This document shows positions 1 through 7,679 of a DNA stretch of 64,000 nt, one piece after another. Each line of letters begins with the position of its first letter. Positions within the stretch are counted from its first letter, which is position 1. The DNA is taken from IMG/VR virus record IMGVR_UViG_3300008120_000016, positions 32,001 to 96,000 of that record; one strand, given 5' to 3'. Made by a program: the position numbers and the translations under genes. Below the pieces are notes generated by a model that saw only the letters and a program-made list of their open reading frames with translations, did not search any database and had not been told where the DNA came from. The DNA is from a virus.

Positions 1-354
1 ATGGCTATTAACAAAGTAGATTTAACAGTATCTCAATTATTAAATGACCTCAGTGAAGGTTTAACTTGGTTAAAGAAAGACGATCTTGGATATGGATCGA
101 TTGAAGCAAAATATGGTGCTAATGAAAAACAAATCTTAGCTATTAGAAAGCATCCAAAGCTTAAAGATGCTGAAACAAATATTACTATATTTAATATTAT
201 AGATGATACACAATCTTCAGCCTCCAAAGAATCTCAAACTTCCGGGTCAAGTTCAGATATGGAACAACAAAAAAATGATCTGGGCAGTGTTCAAACAAGA
301 ATGGATAGAGTTGAAACCGCATTGGAAGCAGCTGACGTCTTTGCACAACTATGA
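1..354 (+). CDS. Hypothetical phage protein (117 aa)
   Basis: ORF starts at base 1 and has genome-typical codon use; its TGA stop lies 4 nt before the next start. No recognisable motif. Confidence 0.7.
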   Translation: MAINKVDLTVSQLLNDLSEGLTWLKKDDLGYGSIEAKYGANEKQILAIRKHPKLKDAETNITIFNIIDDTQSSASKESQTSGSSSDMEQQKNDLGSVQTRMDRVETALEAADVFAQL

Positions 355-358
355 TAAT

Positions 359-1717
359 ATGAGTAATAATAGAGCAAATAGACCTAGTCCATCTGTCAGT
401 GCAACAGTTCATTTAGCTGGAACTGTATTAGAAGGTAATGATGGTAGATTTTGGATGGTACAAGCAAATTCAGCAGGTGTAAAAAGATGGGTTCCTACTA
501 GTCTTAAAATACCTAATGCTCAACAAGCAACAGCATCCGTACAAACTCCAAAACCGCAAATAGAAAAACTTTTACAAAATTTTAAACAATCACAAATGTC
601 AAAAACTAAGACAATTACTAAGAGAACAACTCAAGAAGTAAGACACATTGAGACTTCCTTGATTAATAAGGAAGAAGTATTTAAGATGTTAGCATTAGCA
701 GAAGCCACAGGATTACCGTTATTGTTAGTAGGTGAACCAGGTGTTGCTAAAACTAAAACTATTATCGAGTATGCTAAAGCGTGGTTAAATAGAGATGGTA
801 AAATGACAGCTGAGGACTTTGCTAATAAAATGTACATCTTAGAAACTGATGAGGGTACTAAAGCATCAGAAATTAAGGGTATGCCAGATCTTGGTAAGTT
901 ATTTACTCAAAATACTTATGAGATCAGTGCTCCTGTAGCAGAAGCAGACATTGTGATTATTAACGAGGTAGATAAGGCATCTAGTGCAATTCGTAATGCT
1001 ATGCTAGGTGTAATGAACGAGAAGTTTCTGTTTAATGGTAAGCATAAAATCCCTTGTAAATGGAAATTATTCATTGCAACTTGTAATGAAATTCCTAAAG
1101 AAGAAGAAAATTCTCCTTTTTGGGATCGTTTTATGCTTAAAATGACTGTTAATCGTGTATCTCCTGGTGAGATGAGTAAGTATTATGCAAAAGGTGCACG
1201 TAACTATCGTGAAAAGTTTGCAATTGGTATTCCTAGTGCAACAGAAATTGAAAGTGTTGAAATATCAAATACCAAGCTGGATAAATATCTTGAAGTAGGT
1301 TATCATAAAAGTTCTGATCGTACATTGACTTTTGTACCAAGACTTGCTAAAGCTGTATCTTATATCTGGGATATCAGTGTAGACAAAGCTCTTGTTAAAA
1401 CTGCTCAGATTATGATTGGTCAAAGTGCCGGTTCAGAGCTTCAAAATAAGTTGCTATCTCCTGAAGTTAAGGCAATTATGTCTAAAGTAGAGATGCTTCA
1501 TTCTCAAAGCAATAATGAAGCACTTGAACTAGCTGTAGCTGAAATTGAGAGCTTGATTAATACTTATGCAACAAGAGGAACAATTGATCAAGGACAAGTA
1601 GAAGAAATCGAAATGTCTTTGGGATATATCCTTGAGAATCACCCAGCTCGTAAAACAGCCCAATTGTCAAGTGAATTTGACAGTGTATTGAACGAATCAG
1701 TACCTGATCAGATCTAA
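359..1717 (+). CDS. RavA/MoxR-family AAA+ ATPase with an N-terminal extension (alternative start at 596)
   Basis: Walker A GEPGVAKT (AK[ST] variant as in RavA), Walker B-like IVIINEVD, MLGVMNEK, sensor ATCNE, arginine-finger FWDRF; adjacent VWA gene. Start moved from 203 to 359 because 203-354 overlaps the upstream gene. Confidence 0.88.
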   Translation: MSNNRANRPSPSVSATVHLAGTVLEGNDGRFWMVQANSAGVKRWVPTSLKIPNAQQATASVQTPKPQIEKLLQNFKQSQMSKTKTITKRTTQEVRHIETSLINKEEVFKMLALAEATGLPLLLVGEPGVAKTKTIIEYAKAWLNRDGKMTAEDFANKMYILETDEGTKASEIKGMPDLGKLFTQNTYEISAPVAEADIVIINEVDKASSAIRNAMLGVMNEKFLFNGKHKIPCKWKLFIATCNEIPKEEENSPFWDRFMLKMTVNRVSPGEMSKYYAKGARNYREKFAIGIPSATEIESVEISNTKLDKYLEVGYHKSSDRTLTFVPRLAKAVSYIWDISVDKALVKTAQIMIGQSAGSELQNKLLSPEVKAIMSKVEMLHSQSNNEALELAVAEIESLINTYATRGTIDQGQVEEIEMSLGYILENHPARKTAQLSSEFDSVLNESVPDQI

Positions 1718-1726
1718 TTTTTTCAT

Positions 1727-1780
1727 AAATTGGCAACACTTAGTCCTTATAATACTAATTTAACTAAGTGTTGCTAATTT
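1727..1780. repeat. 18-bp inverted repeat (one G-U-compatible mismatch) with an 18-nt loop containing TATAAT
   Basis: AAATTGGCAACACTTAGT (1727-1744) and ACTAAGTGTTGCTAATTT (1763-1780), occupying most of the ATPase-VWA intergenic gap. Confidence 0.85.
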
Positions 1781-1792
1781 AAAATTTAATCT

Positions 1793-3286
1793 ATGGCTAA
1801 AGAATATAAAAATGTGTACACCATTTTAGAAAAAGTTAAAAAAGGTGAAATTGACACATATTACAAAGATAGAGATGGTTTATTTGGTCGAATTAACTTT
1901 TACAGAAAACCAGATCTTATTAAACCTCATTTACATTATTTAGATGAATCTAAAATTGAAAACATCTTTGATGCTTATATGACAGATAAAACAAGCATTA
2001 AAGAAAGTTTCAATAAGTTTCAAAAGTTGACTGATTTTAAAAATTTACCTCAAGATCAACAGCCTAATTTTGATAGTTTTTATACAAAGTTTCAAGAAAA
2101 TTATGAAAACTTTCCGGCACATATTGGTAAAGACATTTTTAAAATGTTTTACAATAAAATGGACAAGTTAAATTTTGAAGAAAGAAGTGATAAAAACTAT
2201 GCTCAATTTAAGATTTTAGAAAGATCAAATAATCCTGTGGCTAAAATTATGACTGAGAACTCAAATTTGAGGTCAGCTATTTTTGCTCGTAATCTTGTTA
2301 GTTATTTTATAACTAGGATGACTATGATGGAATATATTGATCCAAATGCTTGTGAAGATTTAAAAAACGGTTTAGAAGGCAAATCTGAATTTGACAATAC
2401 TAATATAGATAATGTATTAGAAACAATGTGTGATTCTCGTTCAGGTAAAAACATGTTAGAAGATGCGTTACAAAAAGCTAAGCAAGATTGTGATAACATT
2501 AATAACACAATGTCTGAAGAATTACAAGAACAAATGTTTGAAGCTGCAGCTGATGACAGAGAAGCCGGCAAACTAAGTCCAGATTATATTCAAACAGTTA
2601 CAAGAAATTTGGAAAAAGTGAATATGTCTATTAATTCACTTAAAAATAAGATTAAGAAACTATTGGATAAATCAATTAGTTATTTTAGCTCTAAGAAAAT
2701 AACTACTTATGAAGATTTATTTAGTAGTGATAATCTAGGTGGCTTAGAAGACTATGAATTACTACATCCAAAACTTCGTAAGTTGTTTGTAGAAGATTTG
2801 CAAATCAAAGACACTAAATCTATTGGTAAAATAAACATTTATATAGATGTTTCAGGATCAATGGGAAGTGGCTGTGGTGTTACAAATCAAAAAGGTGATG
2901 GTATAACCAAAATTGATTTTGCCAAATCATTTGTTGCAATGCTTAAAAAACACGATTTGTTAGATCAAGTTTATATTTTTGACGGTAGAGTTAGAAACTA
3001 TAAAAGTGACATTATTAGCATTGCTATGTTAGGATGTAATGGTGGTACTTCTATTGATACTTGTATGCAACATATTCTAAAAGAAAACAAAAATGCTTTG
3101 ATTATTACAGATGCTGAAGATAGATGCTCTGTATATTCTGATAAAGCATTTTTTATTGGTGTTGCAGGATCTGACTTTACATATTTTAACGAAGATGTTT
3201 TACAAAAATATAGTGAGAACGATCAAATTGTAGTTTTTGATGGTGCTAAAATCATCAAAGTTAACCAGTATGGTCATACTGTATAA
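1793..3286 (+). CDS. VWA-domain protein (ViaA-like partner of the AAA+ ATPase)
   Basis: C-terminal MIDAS motif DVSGSM ... GGTSID ... ITDAED; helical N-terminal region; directly follows a MoxR-type ATPase. Confidence 0.88.
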   Translation: MAKEYKNVYTILEKVKKGEIDTYYKDRDGLFGRINFYRKPDLIKPHLHYLDESKIENIFDAYMTDKTSIKESFNKFQKLTDFKNLPQDQQPNFDSFYTKFQENYENFPAHIGKDIFKMFYNKMDKLNFEERSDKNYAQFKILERSNNPVAKIMTENSNLRSAIFARNLVSYFITRMTMMEYIDPNACEDLKNGLEGKSEFDNTNIDNVLETMCDSRSGKNMLEDALQKAKQDCDNINNTMSEELQEQMFEAAADDREAGKLSPDYIQTVTRNLEKVNMSINSLKNKIKKLLDKSISYFSSKKITTYEDLFSSDNLGGLEDYELLHPKLRKLFVEDLQIKDTKSIGKINIYIDVSGSMGSGCGVTNQKGDGITKIDFAKSFVAMLKKHDLLDQVYIFDGRVRNYKSDIISIAMLGCNGGTSIDTCMQHILKENKNALIITDAEDRCSVYSDKAFFIGVAGSDFTYFNEDVLQKYSENDQIVVFDGAKIIKVNQYGHTV

Positions 3287-3323
3287 ATAAAAAGGGCCCC
3301 AATAAAAGGGCCCTTATTTATTT
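3283..3323. terminator. Probable bidirectional intrinsic terminator between convergent blocks
   Basis: Stem AAGGGCCC / GGGCCCTT (3292-3315) with A-rich and T-rich flanks, at the point where + and - genes converge. Confidence 0.8.
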
Positions 3324-3376
3324 CCTGTAGACAGGCAGGGTAAAGGTAAGGTCTAACAGGATGAGAAAGAGAAATA

Positions 3377-3502
3377 TTACTTTCCTTGTCCACGATATTT
3401 AGACACAGATTTATCTTTAGGTCCACGTGACTTAGCAGCTTTGCCACCTTTACGTTTACCAAATGTAACTTTTCTTGAATCGGTTATTTTACCTTTTGCC
3501 AT
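3377..3502 (-). CDS. Small basic protein, 41 aa (MAKGKITDSRKVTFGKRKGGKAAKSRGPKDKSVSKYRGQGK); not in the ORF track
   Basis: Translated by hand: ATG at 3502-3500, TAA at 3379-3377; starts 9 nt after the upstream stop; Lys/Arg/Gly-rich with a YRGQG terminus of a type I recall from small phage basic proteins. Confidence 0.8.
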   Translation of the reverse strand: MAKGKITDSRKVTFGKRKGGKAAKSRGPKDKSVSKYRGQGK

Positions 3503-3511
3503 TTTCAATCA

Positions 3512-3736
3512 TTAAGGTCTGGTTGTAGTTGTGGTAGGTGCAGGAGGAGCTACTGTTGTAGTCGGAGTAACACCACCATCACCATCTTTATTACTTGTGG
3601 TAACACAGCATAAGTCTGCTGGAACCTCATACCAAACGGCAGGTCCATTAGGATATGATCCATTTGTTAGGATCAAGCTCCCAGGTACAATTTTACCCTC
3701 TTTAGTGTACCTTACAAATGCTCTTTTCTTTGCCAT
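3512..3736 (-). CDS. Small hypothetical late or structural protein with a Thr/Pro-rich tail
   Basis: AFVRY...GKIVPGSLIL...CC core followed by TTT/PP low-complexity tail; AT-rich start context; in operon order. Confidence 0.7.
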   Translation of the reverse strand: MAKKRAFVRYTKEGKIVPGSLILTNGSYPNGPAVWYEVPADLCCVTTSNKDGDGGVTPTTTVAPPAPTTTTTRP

Positions 3737-3790
3737 AAAATAAATTTATAAGTTAATAATATATACAATTATAATTTAAGGAATTTTTTG

Positions 3791-4726
3791 TTAATAACCA
3801 ACTATATTTCTGATATAGACACTATCGTTTTGGTTTGAATAGCGACAATTACCAATCCACCATATTCCTGGTTTATAATAAGATAATCCCATTATAGGAG
3901 CATTTGGGCTAGAACCACCATCAAAATATTCTGTAACAAAAGTAGAACAGTCTGGAGTCCATTCAGATTGATGATAAAGTCCAAAAGCATGACCTGCTTC
4001 ATGTGAAGTTGCTTCCCAAATTAACTTCTGTTTATACTGCAATGCTTTACTAAACACAAAACTTGGTACTTCTTCTCCCCAAGTAAAAGATCCTATCCAA
4101 GCAACACCACCTGCACAAGGTGTAGGTCCACAATACCATTCATCACTTTGTGTAATTACAACTCTATGTCTTTTACCTGGAGAAACACTAAAATATACAG
4201 ACGAATCAGTTGTAACTGTAACAGGAAACTGAGAGTAATCTTTTGTTACCTCATTTAGTATGTTAGCTATTTCAATTTCACCTAATCCAGAAGAAGTAAC
4301 TGTAAATGGAGGGTTTTGTCGTGCAGTAGTCCAATAAAAGTCATTTACCAAATGACCATCAAAATCTAAGTAGATAACCCATACATTAGGTTCTTTAGGA
4401 GGATCTTCGGGTTTTGTTACATCGCAAGCATCTCCTACACCATTATTATCTATATCTTCTTGACCTGGATTGAATATAAAAGGACAATTGTCTCTATTAT
4501 TTCTTACACCGTCCCCGTCATCATCATTTGGTTGGAACTTCTCAATTCTACGAAAACCTATTTTAGGATTTCTTGCTGTAGTATTATAGTTACCATGTAA
4601 AAAGTCACAACTTATATGTTGTTCTTCTTTTTTTGCAACTTCTCTATGTTTAGTACATCCTACAGCAACAAGCAAAATGATTGTAAGAATTAATACAATC
4701 AATACAATCAAAACATGATTACGCAT
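3791..4726 (-). CDS. Putative lipoprotein zinc metalloprotease (metzincin) with a thrombospondin type-3 Ca-binding repeat
   Basis: Hydrophobic signal ending AVG-C (lipobox-like); DDDGDGVRNNRDNCP...DIDNNGVGDACD; HEAGHAFGLYH (HExxHxxGxxH) and Met-turn PIMG. Confidence 0.82.
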   Translation of the reverse strand: MRNHVLIVLIVLILTIILLVAVGCTKHREVAKKEEQHISCDFLHGNYNTTARNPKIGFRRIEKFQPNDDDGDGVRNNRDNCPFIFNPGQEDIDNNGVGDACDVTKPEDPPKEPNVWVIYLDFDGHLVNDFYWTTARQNPPFTVTSSGLGEIEIANILNEVTKDYSQFPVTVTTDSSVYFSVSPGKRHRVVITQSDEWYCGPTPCAGGVAWIGSFTWGEEVPSFVFSKALQYKQKLIWEATSHEAGHAFGLYHQSEWTPDCSTFVTEYFDGGSSPNAPIMGLSYYKPGIWWIGNCRYSNQNDSVYIRNIVGY

Positions 4727-4728
4727 AG

Positions 4729-5145
4729 TTAGATTTTAGAAAGTTGGAAATGCATCCCATCCTTTCTTTTCCATGTACCACCCCAGTCGAATCCAGCATC
4801 TGTAAAGCATTTTACAAATCCTGCAGAAAGTTTAGGAACTTGATTCAAACCGTTTTCAAAGGCATTTACATCTACAGCTATACCCCAGCTGTGAAGAGAC
4901 ATGGAACTAAGTCCACGTTTTTTACGGATATTAAAACAACCATCCCAGGTCTTAAGCTCAGATACGTGTCCTGTAGAAATAAGATTTTGAAAAGCTTGAG
5001 ATAGTGGTTGCACCAAATCTCTATTGCAATAAATCTTTCTAGGAATAAAGCCAATTTCAAGATTAGAAGGAACATCCCAAACAATCATTGCTTTTTGAAG
5101 AGTGGGATCACCATATTTTTTTAATGCTTGAGCTGAAGTTACCAT
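4729..5145 (-). CDS. Endolysin, peptidase M15 family (L-Ala-D-Glu peptidase-like)
   Basis: R...SLHSWGIAVDVN ... WGG.W...DGMHFQ Zn-binding pattern; next to membrane-protein genes. Confidence 0.88.
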   Translation of the reverse strand: MVTSAQALKKYGDPTLQKAMIVWDVPSNLEIGFIPRKIYCNRDLVQPLSQAFQNLISTGHVSELKTWDGCFNIRKKRGLSSMSLHSWGIAVDVNAFENGLNQVPKLSAGFVKCFTDAGFDWGGTWKRKDGMHFQLSKI

Positions 5146-5175
5146 AATTTAATGATTTTTTTCCAGTATGAGTGA

Positions 5176-5790
5176 TTATTTAAGTTTTATTTTCCAGTAT
5201 AATTGTGCACCATATTGTACTTGACCATTACGATCAATACCTATTGTAGCACCATATATTTGATCTTTTTTACTTTTAAACAAAGCTCCAGCACTAATTT
5301 GACTAGGGGTGTTAACAGGATTACCTTGCAAAAGTCCACCAATATACAATTGATTTTTCTTTTTTTCAGGAATTGTAATAGTATTTGTAATAACTGGATA
5401 CTTTAAATTGTATTCAGTGTATCTTCCAAGTAGAAAATTTCTACTCACTGTATCTACAATATGTACATATCCAATTGAATCTATTTTAATTGAATCTGAA
5501 TGAATATTAGAAGCTAAGAATTTTTCAGCTAGATCAGTATATTGCTTTACAAGTTTGCTATAATTAGTATCAGGAAGATATTCAGTATTCCATTGTTCAA
5601 TTGGTACAGGAACTGTTTTAATAAGTTGAGGTTTAGAATAAACTGTACTGTCTTTATATACCCATACAGTGTCCCTGGTTATTACAGGTTTTACAACATC
5701 TGTATTTTTACCACAAGTTTGAAACAAAATAATGGAAAGTAATACTAATACTACTATGCTAACAAAATTAGTTTTAATAAATTGATTCAT
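5176..5790 (-). CDS. Membrane-anchored lysis accessory protein, spanin candidate
   Basis: From ATG 5790: MNQFIK + hydrophobic stretch + FQTC; C-terminal alternating beta-strands ending in an aromatic-rich YWKIKLK; next to the endolysin. The track start at 5865 overlaps the upstream gene. Confidence 0.6.
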   Translation of the reverse strand: MNQFIKTNFVSIVVLVLLSIILFQTCGKNTDVVKPVITRDTVWVYKDSTVYSKPQLIKTVPVPIEQWNTEYLPDTNYSKLVKQYTDLAEKFLASNIHSDSIKIDSIGYVHIVDTVSRNFLLGRYTEYNLKYPVITNTITIPEKKKNQLYIGGLLQGNPVNTPSQISAGALFKSKKDQIYGATIGIDRNGQVQYGAQLYWKIKLK

Positions 5791-5791
5791 A

Positions 5792-6034
5792 TTAATCAGA
5801 TTGAACTTCTCCTTCTTGAATATGTACAGGTTCTTCAGAAAAAAAGTTAGAAAGTACTTTTCCAACTACACCTATTATTAAAGAAGCAATAGCCAGTCCT
5901 TTATGATCTGTAATCATAGAAGACATTGAAGTGATAGAAAAAATACCTAGCAGAGCATCTCCTATTTTTCTAGCAAATTTAGGAGTGGGAGCCCAATAAG
6001 ATTTAACTTTAAATTTTGTAGTTTTTTTAGTCAT
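5792..6034 (-). CDS. Holin candidate (two hydrophobic segments)
   Basis: 80 aa; basic N-terminus, two TM-like stretches (ALLGIFSITSMSSMI; LAIASLIIGVVGKVL), acidic tail; inside the lysis cassette. Confidence 0.6.
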   Translation of the reverse strand: MTKKTTKFKVKSYWAPTPKFARKIGDALLGIFSITSMSSMITDHKGLAIASLIIGVVGKVLSNFFSEEPVHIQEGEVQSD

Positions 6035-6347
6035 TTTGAGCTATATATTTTTTTGGATCATATATTTCCTCATGCTTAAAATACTTATCATGATAAAGTT
6101 CAGGTGTATATGTTACAGGTCTAGCTTTGTTATTTCCAAAAACAGATTGTTCTAAGAATCGAACATCTTTTTCAAGCTGCTCTATTTTTGTTTTATCAAT
6201 GTTTGATTGTGCCAATAAAGCTTTTATATCACTTCTCATCTCTGTCACATCTCTCCAAATCATCATTGATAGAATAGACACAAGGGTAGGAAACAGATAT
6301 AATTTTATGCCATTGACAATTGAATTCTTGGATGAATTTGTAGTCAT
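6027..6347 (-). CDS. Single-TM coiled-coil membrane protein (holin or antiholin-like)
   Basis: TM LYLFPTLVSILSMMIW followed by a heptad coiled coil; first gene of the lysis cassette. Confidence 0.6.
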   Translation of the reverse strand: MTTNSSKNSIVNGIKLYLFPTLVSILSMMIWRDVTEMRSDIKALLAQSNIDKTKIEQLEKDVRFLEQSVFGNNKARPVTYTPELYHDKYFKHEEIYDPKKYIAQND

Positions 6348-6378
6348 TTCACAAAAAAATATAAATAAATAAAAAAAG

Positions 6379-6410
6379 TTTAACGGTATTTACAAATTTC
6401 TATAAATTTG
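6379..6410 (+). promoter_or_regulatory. Bacteroidota sigma70-type promoter candidate for the replication operon
   Basis: TAAATTTG at 6403-6410 matches the -7 consensus TAnnTTTG; TTTA at 6379-6382 is a near match to the -33 TTTG box with a 20-nt spacer; lies in the divergent intergenic region. Confidence 0.55.
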
Positions 6411-6485
6411 CTCCCCCCGTACAATAATAATATACGAACTTTTTAAGTAAAAATCTAAAATAATTATTTAAGAATACACTTAGTC

Positions 6486-6962
6486 ATGAAGAAAAATTCA
6501 ATTGAATTATTAAAGGCAGAAAAAGAAATAATTAATGACTTTTTATCAAAGTTTTACAATAATATAGGATATTACCCCACTGTATTAACTAAATACGGTC
6601 ATGTGACGGGAGATGGAAGTCCTAAAATATTAAAACTTAGCGAGTTAGAAGAGTTATTTGAACCTTTTCTTCCGGTGGTTTATGAAAGAAAATATAGAAT
6701 AACAGCAAAATTTAGACTACGAGAACTTGTTGATTTAAGATTTATATTTTATTTCATAGCTAATAAAATGCTAGGGTATAAACTTACAGAAATAGGAAGA
6801 TATCTTAAACAAGATCATACAACAGTAATTCATGGTATAAAAGAATATAATAAGTTGTATGAAACAAGTCCACTTTTTAGAGAGAAAACCCTCCAATTAA
6901 TTAACCTTGTAAAAAATAAACAAAATGAGCCACAAGCATTGGAAGAGTTTGATAAAACATAA
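6486..6962 (+). CDS. Protein with a DnaA C-terminal (domain IV) helix-turn-helix-like domain
   Basis: RLRELVDLRFIFYF...YKLTEIGRYLKQDHTTVIHG matches the DnaA domain IV signature (R..i..aR......IG..f.rDHtTV.h); no AAA+ domain. Confidence 0.75.
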   Translation: MKKNSIELLKAEKEIINDFLSKFYNNIGYYPTVLTKYGHVTGDGSPKILKLSELEELFEPFLPVVYERKYRITAKFRLRELVDLRFIFYFIANKMLGYKLTEIGRYLKQDHTTVIHGIKEYNKLYETSPLFREKTLQLINLVKNKQNEPQALEEFDKT

Positions 6963-7491
6963 CATTACACCTAACCAACTGTTTTTATTAGATTGTTACA
7001 AAAGTAAAATAAAACCTGTTTTAATTAATGAAGATGCAGAATTATTTGCTTGTGTAAGCAAAGAATTAATTGACGAAAAAGGTGAATTAACTCCAAAAGC
7101 TTTAAAAGTTTTAAACGACTATGAAACATTAATAGGTAAAAAAGAAAAAGAAGTTGCTGAAAATGTTTTAGGAAATGAGTTTGAAGCTAAAATTATGGAG
7201 TACAGAGACAGATTTCCTGCTAAAAGACTTCCGTCTGGTTTAGCAGCAAGGCAAAATGTCAAAGATTTAAAAGAAAGATTTATTTGGTTCTTTAAAACTT
7301 ATCCTCAATATGACTGGGATCTTGTTTTAGATGCTACAGATCTGTACAATGAAGAGTTTGAGAAAAAGAATTATCTGTTTATGAGAACCAGTATGTATTT
7401 TATTAAAAAAAATAATGGTAAAGAAGAGTGTTCACAATTAGCAGATTATTGTCAAATGATTATTGATAACCCTAAATTATTAGAAAGATGA
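6925..7491 (+). CDS. Hypothetical protein upstream of the helicase (possible replication initiator or loader)
   Basis: 188-aa ORF overlapping its neighbours in operon fashion; function inferred from position only. Confidence 0.7.
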   Translation: MSHKHWKSLIKHNITPNQLFLLDCYKSKIKPVLINEDAELFACVSKELIDEKGELTPKALKVLNDYETLIGKKEKEVAENVLGNEFEAKIMEYRDRFPAKRLPSGLAARQNVKDLKERFIWFFKTYPQYDWDLVLDATDLYNEEFEKKNYLFMRTSMYFIKKNNGKEECSQLADYCQMIIDNPKLLER

Positions 7492-7679
7492 CATTAAGTA
7501 AACGATTATTTTTATCACTCATTTTATCATGTATTATCAGTGTATTGTCTTATTTATTTATCAATTTTTTCATTGTAAAAATTAGCATTTTAAAGTTTAT
7601 TTTTATTGAATTTATTTTGCTTGGTTCAAAAAAATTGTTTAAATTTACAGACTCTAAACTAGATAAACCAATACGATGA
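7488..7679 (+). CDS. Small hydrophobic membrane protein
   Basis: 63 aa with two hydrophobic stretches; ATGA overlaps with both neighbours. Confidence 0.65.
   Translation: MTLSKRLFLSLILSCIISVLSYLFINFFIVKISILKFIFIEFILLGSKKLFKFTDSKLDKPIR

Noticed and set aside
203-358. N-terminal extension of the AAA ATPase ORF given by the track
   Set aside because: Overlaps the 1-354 gene in another frame and reads as non-coding; ATG 359 follows the upstream stop directly.
3274-3462. 62-aa minus-strand ORF from the track
   Set aside because: Runs through the terminator hairpin into the VWA gene; the 41-aa ORF at 3377-3502 in another frame fits better.
6348-6485. Replication origin with DnaA boxes
   Set aside because: AT-rich, but no TTATCCACA-like box or iteron array was found by eye.
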